A stretch of DNA of 64,000 bases from Lama guanicoe (Eukaryota), in assembly GCA_013239625.1 (NCBI GenBank), contig MU053881.1:9137957-9201956 (forward strand). Direction: 5' to 3'. The number at the start of each line of letters is the position of its first letter. The first letter of the stretch is position 1. A model generated the notes under the pieces. The model had not been told where the DNA came from and did no database searches. It was given only the letters and a program-made list of their open reading frames with translations. Position numbers and translations under genes: made by a program. This document shows positions 41,105 through 52,978 of the stretch, piece by piece.

Positions 41105-41235
41105 CATTAAAATCATTTCTAATTCAGGACTAGATCATCAACTCCTTGAGAGTGACGTCTGGTTCATCTTGGCATCCCTGGTACCTAGCACACTGCATGT
41201 CAGATCATGGGAAATTAGTAACATCAGCTGAGAGT
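41105..41235 (+). mobile_element. L2 3' end
   Basis: actagatcatcaactccttgagag...catccctggtacctagcacactgc. Confidence 0.7.
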
Positions 41236-41294
41236 ACAACCACACTGCATCTTACTAGCAATATGCTCATTCTCTCCCCTTTCTCTCTCCCTCT

Positions 41295-41422
41295 GAATAT
41301 AGACATAGATACAGAGATCAATATAGATACAGCTGCAGAGATGGAGATACAGGCAGAAATATGCATGTACATATATAGAGTAACCATATATATATACATG
41401 CATATAAATGTGCACACATACA
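41295..41422. repeat. AT/AGAT-rich low-complexity tract
   Basis: atagacatagatacagagat...atatatatacatgcatat. Confidence 0.7.
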
Positions 41423-42149
41423 GAAATGACAAGTGGCATCACTTATATATGTACAACTCAGGACTGTCAACAATTTTTCTAGTAGTCACCGAGGTTTTCC
41501 ATTTTCAGTTTTGTGTACTATGTTAACTATTTAAATTCTCAAGTACGATATGGATTGAAAATTACTGGTCATTAAACTTTATCATCAGCTATACCTCACC
41601 ATTTAAAAATTTCAAGTAAATTTCTTTCGAATAAACTCAACTGTAATCTAGGGATGAGAAAATATTTTTGAGTATCAAGAGTGACAACATTTTTTGCCCT
41701 TTAGGGTATTTGTACCAACGATATTAGTCCTATGTATTTTATCAGTTACATTACATTACATAACAAATTTAGAAACAGAAACATCTTGTGAAGTTTGATC
41801 AGGCACCTCAAAGTGCAACCAATTATTTATAGGCACGTTTGTCAAATAGGGATGGTATAAGAGAAGACACTGTTACAAAGTGCCAGATATGACCACAAGA
41901 TTTTGAAAATGTCCAAGCCACAACTAACATATAAGAAAAGGGGAGGAAATCAAATTCTGATTCTGTAGCAACATATCCAGAAGATGGACTCTGGCAACCT
42001 GTTCTGCAAACTTGGAAGATGGCTGGTAACATCCATGCCTATTCTGTGATGACAGCCTCTCTGGAAGAGCCAGCTACCCTTCCAATCCTTTCACCATTTC
42101 TACCTAATTCTAAGATCTAAGAAGTTTTTAAGTATTTAACGTCGTTTGG

Positions 42150-42324
42150 AAGTTTCTTCTGTATAGCATATGTTCAATATCTTGAAGTAATCTTTAATGA
42201 AAAACAATATGAAAATGAATATATGTATGTATATGCATGACTGGGACATTGAGCCGTACATCAGAAACTGATGCACTGTAACTGACTCTATTTAAATAAA
42301 AATAAATAAATTTAAAAAATAAAT
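42150..42324 (+). mobile_element. 5'-truncated lineage-specific L1 3' tail (same family as 38684-39568)
   Basis: ctgtatagc...caatatcttg...aatatgaaaatgaatatatgtatgtatatgcatgactg...tgtaactgact plus an A tail. TSD aacgtcgtttgg (42138-42149) / aaagtcatttgg (42325-42336). Confidence 0.85.
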
Positions 42325-45300
42325 AAAGTCATTTGGGACTTTGGCAACCTCTGGGGTCAAATCCTAAATATAAATAATTTTTCAAGGGTTGACTGGCAGT
42401 GACTGATGATGGAAATGAGACAGACCAGTGTTGGAGATTAATTAAGTGAGGTTTGGGTACCAATTATCCACTTTTGTACTTACTACTAGAAGAATACGCT
42501 TATGAGAACTCTGATAAACTGCACAAGGTATACTTGGCTTGATCCAAGGAGTCTTATAAAATTCCAACTGGGTACAATGTCCAACCAGTTAATTAAAAAT
42601 GGTAGTTGGTTGGGTGGTACAGGAGGAGAATGACATAAGCCAGAACAATGAACCAGTTACTTGGCATCATTCAGACTGCTTAATTTACTTTTTGTCTCTT
42701 AAACACGTGGGTAAAATATGGGCATATTAACAGCTATAGTAAACTATCATTTGCAAATCAAAAAGGGGCACCTCCAAGTGGAAATGCAGTCAGTTTTAGT
42801 GAATAGTTTCAAAACCCTAGCCACTTAGACTTTTTACATAATTAGCTCTTCTGAAGGAAAATTCACAGGTTTGAATTTTGCTGTTCAAATATGCCTTTCC
42901 ATACCATTAGCAGAGGTCCCAGTGATTAGAGAAATGATTCATGTCAGGTAGTTAGAGAAGACAGGGGAGTCAGAGAAGAAATCTGGGTAATCCCTATGCT
43001 GGAAATTCAAACCCTGGATAATCAGGACTGTACTATATATGCAATTATGATTCTGCCCAGTTAAGAAAAATCTGTAATCCACTCAGTTTCAAGCCTATAA
43101 AGTCACATTTCTCAAAAACTTGTATTTCAGCCTCCAATGCCTTAAAAAGTTCTCCTTGCTAGATTGTCTCCAATTACAGAAATCCTTCCCAAGTACAAGG
43201 CTACCGAAGTATATTAAACCTGTAGGATACCATGTAGCTGGCTGTTTTACAGAGCTTTACAGCGCACCCGATCTCCATGCGTGATGTAATACTGCTGAAG
43301 CAATTCACTACGATCTGATAACACTATTTGTTCGGCTCACAAACATTGTCTTACATATAGGGGTCAATTGTCTTTGAACAGAAGATTCAGAATAGAAAGC
43401 AAAGGGAGGTACAAATAAATTTATATCAACTTTAAGAATCCCTCCACCTATCTCAACACACATGCAAAGATTCCATGGGTAAACAAACACAGGCTTGCTA
43501 TGGATTCAACAGACTTCTGGTCTACCCAGCAGTAATGGAGCTCTTGCAATGACCCCAGATGTGTGAGTTGGGAAAAAGATTTGGTCACAGCTGTCTGACA
43601 GAAGAACTGATGGCAACAGTGTAACGACAGCGCCAGTGCAAGGTTCAGAATTGATACTGCATGAAGAGGTGGTTGGTGCCTAGGAAATAACGGCTAATAA
43701 CAGACTTCTAAATTGCCATTGAATTAATACATATCCCTTCAATGAATGTAAGGATGGGTATGTTGTGAATTTGTGAGTGTTAATTTTTCCAGGGTTTTCA
43801 GAACTCTCTGAGAACACACAGAAGCAAAACAGTCATGTGAGGCAGACTGAAGGCAAATCAAGGTATGAAACAATGATTTCTAAGCCTTTGGGATCTATTT
43901 TTTTCCCTGGCATTGTAATGCAGTCAAGTGTATGAGTGATGCCTTTTGTGTTTGATAATGTCAAGTTTGAATGTCATGGGCAGCCCCCATCTCTGATGGT
44001 ATTAAAATGGTGGGAAGATGAAAAGCTTGGAAAAATAAATGGAACAAATTAGATTAAAGTGGTTGGAGGACAAGGCAAAGCACTCATCTACAGCTTGGTT
44101 CTGAGGGGATGCTGGTAACCCTGTCCACCTGACAGGCTGATTAAACCAATTTCCGAGGGAAACAGTGGCACTCCACTTTCTTAATTGTGCTAATAATTAT
44201 TTTTGCTCCTTGTCACTATGAAGTCTATTGGATGCAAGAAAACATCTTTTATGTTAACGTATAAACTTCCATTATATGTTTAGAGGAGTCTCCACAACCA
44301 AGCTTGTCATTCAAACATTCTGGGCTTCTCTGAGTTCAAGGTAAGTGAGGCGAGATTCGTAGAAAATAACAGACACACAGGCAATTCAGGGAGGCTATTA
44401 ATTCCAACAAATAAAGTATATACCTTTTCTGAGAGATTAGAGCTTGAAAGATCTTAGAAACCCATTCTAATCAAGGTCGGGAAACTTGAGATGAGCCTAA
44501 CACTAATTGATTATATCCAAATAATACGGAGAGAATGCCACACCTTCTAAACTACAGGTTTCATCTCTGGCGAATGGTGAAGGATTTTCTTATGAAAACA
44601 AATGCATACATACAAATTCCCTGCCTAATGAGGCCATGACATATACAGCACACACAAGAAATTGCAATAATTACAATAGGAAGGTGTTTCTCCCAGTCAC
44701 TCCCCTCCCCTCAACAGTGTTTCTCTACCACCTGTATCGAGGCTATTGCAACAGATGATTCAGTGGCTTTCCGCCTCAAGACTGGGTTTTCCCTGTTTTT
44801 TTTCAACAACATCCCTAGAAGGTAAAGCAAAAACCCACTCATAACAATAGCTCCTTAAGGTCACAATTTAATGGGAAAGCAGATGGTCCCTAGATAGGCA
44901 TTTCAGCATCACTGTCTATGGCGAGGGGCATAGTATGGACCCACCCTATTCCAAATCTCCCCTGCTCCCATACTAAGAAAACTCCTCCAGAAGCTGCCAG
45001 GTCACATCTTTCCAGTGGCTACTGAATACCTGCCATCCAGGGGTCTCAGTTGTCCTGGCATTGGTCATTCATTTTGCTATCACTTCCCTGTGATTTTGCT
45101 CATGAGGATCACTTTATGTTTTCACCTTTCACTCCGAATTCAAAGACTCCCACCCTCAGGATCCCCTCAACCGTCAGCGACCTTGTCATCTTCGCTCTCC
45201 TCAGGAGAGAGCTAGGACCCAGCACATTTTAACCCACTAGGCAAGTCTCCAGATCTGGCTGACATTTTCCGTCTTCCTAAGGTTCTCACTGAGAAGACAG

Positions 45301-48300
45301 ACATTTTTTACTGTTGTTACTAGAGGTACCATTCGGCACATTTAACTCAGGGTGCTGGGAGTATAGTTAGTGCTCGATAACTGGAATGAAAAAAGAGAGC
45401 CCCGAAAGCAAAGAGCAAATCAACCAGAAAAAGAAACCAAATTCTCCCGCCCAATTGTAAAGCTTTTCTTATTTAAAGACAGAAGGAAAGAAAAAAAATC
45501 ACTATGGGTCAAACACAAAAAATGTATTTGCATCAAAGCAAAAAAAAAATTTTTTTTTTGAAATAACCTCACCCCAGTAGACTTACAGTGCTAATTACAA
45601 AATAGGAGTAGCTGACACTCATGCCTTCTAAATATAAGCTTTTTCCTCTCAGAAAAGAGAAATAAATGAATGGGGGTTAAATCAAAACATCCTATGGACC
45701 ATTTCACACCTCAGGAATGAAAACTGACAAAGGAGGGCTTCAACGCAAAAGAAAAAATGCATCAAGAAAAGAGCCTGGACTAAATTCAAGGAAAGAAAAA
45801 CTGAAAGCTCTACCACATAGGTGCATACATTTCCTATCTAAATGTGCTTTTCTGATAGCCAACGTCCCCTTTGCACTGGAAAAATGATACACACTTCTGT
45901 TTCACAACTGAAATTGGTTAATTGATCATTTCCCCAAATAAATACTCCCATAGACAGAGGTCATTGGTTGCCCGAAATTGCATCAGTTTGTGTCTGGGTT
46001 CTAGAATCCTGGGCTCCTCTGGGATGTCTTTGTCATTTTATCAGAGTGATTACCAGCAGAGTAGTTCCAGCGTGGGTCCTCTCAGTCTCTTGCGCTGATG
46101 CTTCCCCTCTGCCTTCCCAGTTTCTCCATCAAGCCTGTGGCTTTTGCTTTGGAAATCTGGCACTTAATAGCCAATGTTAATCATATTTCCTAGTCAGGGA
46201 AATCCTATTGGGCTAATTTTTCAAAATCACATAATAAAAGAACTTCAGTGACAAACCATGGAGGTTTTTCGATTGTTTTTTAAAGGATAGATCTATTAAG
46301 CACTTAATATTCAGTGGGAAAACAGTCTCAGAGCAATGAAATTCTATTACTTTGGAGGTTGCATGCTTTTAATTTCTTAATATTTCATTACATGTTGGCA
46401 ACTGGTGCATATTTTTATAATGCGTTTGATCATTACTCTTCTCGGGGTATTCTATTTCAGTTCTTCCTCTGACATCATATTTGCATGTTAAAGGGTTTTA
46501 GCATTCAGGGATGAAATGTTCTGAATAGTAATGTGCAGTTAACTTGATTTTTTAAAATCGGAAAACAGCAAACAGACATTATATATAGGGACCGAAGAGA
46601 ACAATCTCATAATTTAAAAATCTAACTCAAGTTTTAATAGCTTTCTATAGAACATCATAAAAGGTAATGCTTCAATATAAGTCATTAATTAGCAAATTAT
46701 GCAAAATGCTATCAGCGGAGTTTGGGGAGAAGGATCTTTCTCGCTGGCTTTTCTAAGTCGACCGCATTTCTTTTTTTTCTGTAAAAAAAATGATCTTTTC
46801 TTTGCTCTCCAGCAACATCTACTGGAAAAGTCAGAAAAATGCTATTTATATAAATCAGATAGTTTGTGTAAGGATAGTTTTGGTTACCATCTGCTTAAAA
46901 AGTACACGTTGAACCACCATCCAGTTTACAACTGATTTATTTCTGCCTACTTTAATTCCACTTAGTTTTCCACGAGGATAGTTACTAGTCCAGTGGTACA
47001 AACAGCCAAGCTACAACTTCACGTTTAGCATCTCCTCACCTCAAAGGAGTCATTTTCATAAATAAAATTAAAACGCATATATGATGCAAACAACATAGTT
47101 CTCTCGGCCCATCTTCTCAACACTTGTCACTTACTTAAGAAGTCATCATCATTATCAGCGGCAGCCTAAAACACTCCATGGTTAGGTAACGCAAGAGTCA
47201 AAGAAAAGATTTTATGAGAGAAAGCTATGTAAAATCACAGATTGAATTTGAGAAGAGCCACTCAGGAATCTGCCAACTTTCTTAAGTTAAAAAAAAAGAA
47301 AATTACATGTGATGTGATTTTAAAAATTCACTCTGCCCCCACTAGCATGATTACATCAAACATTCTACAGCAGTTTCTTTTCCCATTGTCCACATCTCTC
47401 CCCACTCTTTCAACCATGATGGAAAAATTAAACTTCCCCACACCTGTATGAGGGGCTTCCCAGAGAACTCCTGTTGGAGATTATCTCTAGATGATGCAGT
47501 GTGGTGTGACCCATAGTCCGTTTGGTTCCTCTCCCCAACATTCAGCAGCTCCTGAGGTCCTCATAAAATTGGATTCACAGGCTGCACCCAACAAGATGCC
47601 CTTAGATGGTCTGGCAAACACGAGACATGCCAGAGCAAGGAACTGAGGGGCAAGTTGCTTGGAAACTTGGGAAGAAAATCATCTTATCACTAAATAAATA
47701 TATAAAATATTTTCTGCCTCATGGATGCTGAACTCAACAATGCCACAGGATAGCAATTCTAAGACCAAAGCTTGTGGAAGCATTAAAGTCACCTTTCTCT
47801 ATCTCATTCCAGAGAAGCATTCTTTAAACAGAATTTTGTACTTTTAATATTCAGATTTTCCCATCCCTCAAAAAAGCCATCTAAAAATTAATTCAAACAT
47901 TTTAGGTCACATTCCGTCCAGGTAAAATCCTGGATATAATTTGGGTTTCATTTTCCTTAAATAAAAACTCTGGCTAATTAGGTTTTTTTTTTTTTTTGGC
48001 ATTCTCAAATCTCAGTTCATTCATGCCAGCAATAAATTTTAGCAGCAGAGGCAATGAACATAAAATTAATGAAGGCTGGGGTTAAAAATAAATTGCCAAA
48101 ACTTTAAAACAACAGCACCAGCGACAAAAATCTGGCACTGGGAGGCTACAGTATATTGCATTTTGTGTTTATTCAATGTTAAAATAGATGTGAGCCTTTT
48201 AAGCTTCACCCCAAAGCTCTTTAAAGGAGAAATGCCATCAAATATAACCCACAACTCTCATTCGTAGCGCACAAAAGGGACAGATTCCTCAAAGCCACCT

Positions 48301-49118
48301 CCAGTGGAAGTCCGCATGTATTCTATGTTGAGGATCCTAATGCAAAGTTCCGACTTGAGGCTGATAATTAGCCCCTTCATTATAGAGCTGCTGAAAATCC
48401 AGGAAGTCTGATAAAACAGCACCTCCAGAGTTAACTCCCATTTCAAACTGTCATAATTCAGTTATCCTAATTATTTACTAGATCCTTTTCTAACACATGC
48501 CCTAACCTGATGTTTTAACTTTGTATTTCATTTGGGACAACACTTAATCTCCATTTATGAGACATCAACCTGACACAGGTTTAAGGAGACAGAAGCAACG
48601 CTTTGCCCACAAGATCCAAGCCAAATACAGCCCAGCAGCTAGACTTAAATAAACTCTATCCTTGCTTAAACCTCCGGTGAAAAATTATTATAACGTAGCA
48701 GAAGTTGAGCGAGAAGGAAAAAAAATCTCAAATCCCATCTCTCTCCCAGGGTTTAAGTCCCGGAGTTCAAAAACAAGATTAATCCAATTATTATTATTTT
48801 TTTCCCCGTTAGCTGTTTAGAATTTAACGTAATGCAAAGTGCTGTTCTGATCAAAATCATCTTTCCCATCTCTCTCCCCTGAAATAAAACGGAGGAGAAA
48901 TCATTCCGTATAAATGCATTTACTATACAAATCTATTTTCAATTGAATTTGCTGCATGCTCTAATTCATCAAAATTAATACAGGTACTTTCTATGTTAAA
49001 CAAAAGGAAGCCGACTGAAAAATCGGCTTCTGCTGCAGATGCCTTTCTCAATTACAAAACGGTGAAAACAGAGATTTAACTAAGCCACTCGGTCAAACCC
49101 TCCGATGGGCGCTCTTAC

Positions 49119-49164
49119 CTGTCTCAGCTGAAGGCTTCCTTCCCTTGTTAGCAGCGTGCAGCAT
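49119..49164 (-). CDS. TENM2: Alternative first coding exon of teneurin-2 (MLHAANKGRKPSAET + first base of Gly; phase-1 donor)
   Basis: The minus strand reads GGTGGAG-ATG CTG CAC GCT GCT AAC AAG GGA AGG AAG CCT TCA GCT GAG ACA G|GTAAGAGC. There is a purine at -3, an in-frame upstream TAA at 49204-49206, and a consensus donor starting at 49118. The peptide matches my recollection of the short TENM2 isoform N-terminus (MLHAANKGRKPSAEAG...). The phase-1 junction fits the downstream TENM2 exon beginning G|RPIPP. No downstream exon is visible in the window. Confidence 0.88.
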
Positions 49165-50100
49165 CTCCACCAGCTCGCCCCAATCCTCACCACCGGTCTC
49201 AAATTACACCGCTAAATCCACCCCCTGCCTTTTTCCCCCCTCCTTTCTTTCTTTTCTTTCTTTCTTTCTTTTTTTTTTTTCCTTTTCTTTTCCCCAGCAA
49301 GAAAATGCTTATTGAAAGTGATTAGTTTCTGTTGTCCCTTTTAAGTCCCTCCTGCGGGAAGGAACAGGGGAGCAATGTGACGCCACCTTTTAATCTTTTG
49401 TAAGAGTGAAAAGGCAGAAAAGGAATGCTCGATCAAACTGAGCTGCACACATGACTAAAACTCGCAGGAGAGGCTGCCGCTGCCTGGCGAAAGCACCGCT
49501 AGGCTCGAGTGTAAGAACAGAGAAGAGGGAAGAGTCAATGGAATGTGACAACGTATATGCATCAAAGGCAGGAGGAGAGAGAACAATGAGCGAGGGAAAG
49601 ACAGCGAGGAGAGAGGGAGAGAGAGATGGAGAGAGCGAGGGAGAGAGAACACGGGGGAAAGACAGAGCGGGTTTCAGGCAAAGGATTCTGAGAATAAAGC
49701 CACAGTGCAGTGTCTGGCAGCTTCTGTTTTTATCTCAGCAAGCATGATACACTGCCTCTCTCATTTAGAAACACATTCGTGTATCTTCCAGGTTTGAAAA
49801 CTGAGATAATCGCCATGTGTCTCTGGTTTTTGTCTGATTGGCGTTTTAACTGTGCGGTGTACCTGTGATTTTTTTTTTTAGGACGCATTTATGTGCAATT
49901 TATTTCGCATATTTATTTATGTAGGCAAAAATGAAAGCTGCTAATTTCTACGGCAATTTGCAACGTAGTTTTACTGGCAGATGGAACTCGACTTATCATA
50001 ACTGCTGACAAACTGCCACGGGTAAACAAAAGAAGAAACAAATGCTTCGTCTTGATAATTGTCTTTAAAAGAAAGAGCCCGCACCAAAATATTAGCACTT
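49165..50100 (-). promoter_or_regulatory. TENM2: 5' UTR and internal promoter of the short TENM2 isoform
   Basis: The region lies directly upstream of the exon, has no recognisable repeats and is locally richer in CpG. It contains a (CTTTT)-type pyrimidine tract at ~49220-49295 and a GA-rich purine tract at ~49565-49665. The TSS cannot be placed from sequence alone. Confidence 0.65.
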
Positions 50101-51774
50101 GCGAAACCTCTGTTTCCTGGTTAAAGTTGGAAAGGTGGTTTCTCTCCATTAGTTTTGTTAAGAAAGGCAAAATAAAAGGCAGGGCAAGATGTTTGAAGGG
50201 AAGGTGTTGGAAAAGAGCTATTAGGGAAGCGAAAACCTCAATTCTTTCTGGTTTCCCTCCAAATGTGACAACACGCTTGCTTTCTCCTGAGTCCTGGAAT
50301 GGAGTTTTTGAGTCACTATTTCTACAGACTTTTACGGCATCCTTCTGCCTTCCTGTACCATTTTAAAGTACGTTCCATTTTTAAAACAGAGTCCAAAAGG
50401 AACGATTTCCGAATTCAAATGGTTTCAAATGGTGTTTCACCCGCTTTGTTCCATTTCTACTCATCTCCTGCCACATGGGGGCTAGGATTACACAGTTAAA
50501 TTCCCTAAGTGACCTCTTTTATAAGGATGTAAATTGCTTATTCCAAGGTCAAGTATTTGGTGTAAGTTAAGTCACTGGTGAAAATAACTGCCCGCTTTCC
50601 ATGGTAACCCGAGCTAAGGCCGTAGAAAGCCAGCAAGAAGAGGAGACATTCGAACATTTGACTGACCATCTTTTCAAAATTAAGCAATTCTTTCTCATAA
50701 CAGAAAATAAATCGCATGTGTCCTACTTGTAACAGTTATTATTTTGGAAAAAAACTAAAAGCAAAACAGAACAAAACACTCAATCATTTCACTTGAACTG
50801 CAGCATATCCCAGCAATATATCCCTGGACCCTAGGCACCTGGTATGTTCCTGCATAAGCCACCAGATACGGAAGGAGAACCGGGCCAGGAATGAGACCTT
50901 CTACCCCTACCCTGGCCACACTGCTGTATCCGAAGAGGGACTGCTTGATCTTGTTAAACCTGAAGTGTCAACATGTTCATGGTTTGCCAATAGGAGGTAA
51001 TATTTTTTAGCTTGGACCCAAATAAAGAAGTAACAACCTCCCTCCATCCCCTGAATGGGATCAGGATGAAACCCGACTTATCGTGGCGGCAGAGCAGAGG
51101 ATGGAGAATGCGCCGGGGCTGAACAGAAGGCAGCTGGCCAGAGAACAGAGCGTGCTCAGATGTGCAAGGGGCAGGAAGCTGCCGGGCCAGCAAGTAGCTG
51201 GGGAGGTGGTGGCCTGGTAAACCCAGAATTCTCTGCAGACACTTCAAAGAATGTATTAGAAGCAGCCTCCTTTCACTGGCATCATTGATATGGGCTCTGT
51301 GGTTAAAATTAATTTCATACAGGGAGTAAGTAGACTGAGAATCTTCTGCCAGTAAAAATAAAGACCCTGTAACATGAATATAACCGTTTCAGTGCACTAA
51401 AGGCAGGGGAGGGGCCTGGGCCTTACGGAACAGAACGGGATCAGCAAAATATAGTCGAGGAAAGATAAAAAGAAATCAGAGCGACCAAAGAGACTTTTTT
51501 TTTCCTAAAGCTATAAATGGCTATCAGTGTTGTTGCTTATTTTTACCACTTCCTTAGTGAGGAGTTGGGTACCCTGAGTGGGCAACGTTTGCAGTTTGAT
51601 ATATGTGACTTATTCTTAAGATATCTTGAAGCGAGGGGTGGGGTGGACTACCTGACTATACTGGGGCGCCCAAGGTGGCCCAAGTCACGTTAATATTTCT
51701 TGCTAGAATGTGACTTTTACACATTTTATTTCTCTGTGGGAGAGCTCTCTGCTTATGCAATTCTACGGTGGGGG

Positions 51775-52015
51775 AGACGATGGTTAAGGACAGGTTTTGA
51801 ACGCAGTCTGCCTGGGATGGAATCCCAGCTCCCCCACTGGCTGGCTGTGTGGTCTTGACTGAGTTACCTTGCCTCTCTGTGGCCCTTTCTTCATCTTAAA
51901 ATGAGTATAATAACATTCCCTGCCTCACGGGGTCGCCATCCAGAATAAACAACACACGTGATAATGTGATTTCTGTTTCCGGCACAGAGCGAGTGCTTCA
52001 TGAATGTTTCCTCTT
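51775..52015 (+). mobile_element. MIR SINE, near full length
   Basis: tggttaagga...ctgcctgggatggaatcccagctc...gctgtgtggtcttg...gcctctctgtg...ggcacagagcgagtgcttcatgaatgtt. Confidence 0.85.
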
Positions 52016-52109
52016 AGGAAATCCACCGAAGAGATTTTCTTTTTTTTAATAGCTAAAATAGACAATATTTTCTCACCTCAAAACAGACGACTCATAAAGA
52101 CTTAATTCC

Positions 52110-52470
52110 ACTCCCACCTGCCTTGTAAGCTTTAGTTACTCAGCCTGCCCTCTGGGTCTTTCCGCTTGGATAACATGCTCAAAACTCAAGAAGTTCTGCA
52201 ACCAAACTCACGCATCAGAACAAGCTGTATCTCCCCCTTCCCTCAGCGGTGTCACGTGTGTACATCCTGGAGTCCTTTAGGGTTCCTTCCTTTCCTTTTT
52301 CTACCATTCAACCATCAGAAACTATCACCTACCATCCCTCATATCTTTTAAAGTCACTGTTTCATTTCCAGACTTTATTTAATGCCTTCTCCATCTGGGC
52401 ACTTTGGCCTGGACTGTTGTGATAATCCTTAAACACATGGAAATCCCTCTCCATGCTCTTCTGTCCTGAA
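52110..52470 (+). mobile_element. Degraded L2 ORF2 fragment
   Basis: aacatgctcaaaactcaa...gcctggactgttgtgataatcctt (LDYCN-region DNA motif). Confidence 0.55.
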
Positions 52471-52931
52471 ATACATGAGAGGGGACAAAGTGCAGCACCC
52501 ACCCCTCGAGGGACAGTCTGAGGGTCCTACCAAAGACCCAACCAGATGGTAACACCACAGCTTTCTCCTCCTCTTAAGACAGCACTGGGAATCGAAGTAA
52601 AGGACGGTGACATTATTCTAGGAATGACCTTGAATCTGCTCTAATAGATGAAGCCGCTAATCTCCGGCAAGCCAATACTTTACTATTAGTGCCCTGTTGG
52701 TTGTGACACTTCGCCCAACTGTTATGACACAGCTATTGAAAACAACCATTTTAAGAGGTTTTCTTTTGTTCTCTGATTCATTCTTCACAAGCCAGAATAA
52801 CCTCCTTCAGATGCCACTCTGAATGACATCCATCCCCAATAGTTATTGACTGGTCAATTGAAAGTCTGTTTTATTTCATTATCTTACGTAGAGGCTTAAG
52901 AAAAAATCACCAAAGGTTCAAAAACCCTGAT

Positions 52932-52934
<3 letters not shown>

Positions 52935-52975
<41 letters not shown>
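52935..52975 (+). repeat. Pure poly(A)41 tract
   Basis: Direct reading. Confidence 0.95.

Positions 52976-52978
<3 letters not shown>

Noticed and set aside
41146..41526. 126-aa ORF with IDIDTEINIDT repeats
   Set aside because: It is the translation of an L2 tail plus a low-complexity AGAT/AT tract.
42985..43035. Tigger-like terminal inverted repeat (ggataatcaggactgtact)
   Set aside because: Only one short end was seen with no partner TIR, which is not enough to call.
49007..49030. Rho-independent terminator (hairpin + U-run)
   Set aside because: The shape fits, but the context is a eukaryotic Pol II intron. It is kept only as a possible RNA structure.
49451..49747. 98-aa plus-strand ORF antisense to the TENM2 5' region
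   Set aside because: Its E/R/G-rich composition is simply the translation of the GA-rich tract, and it has no domain.
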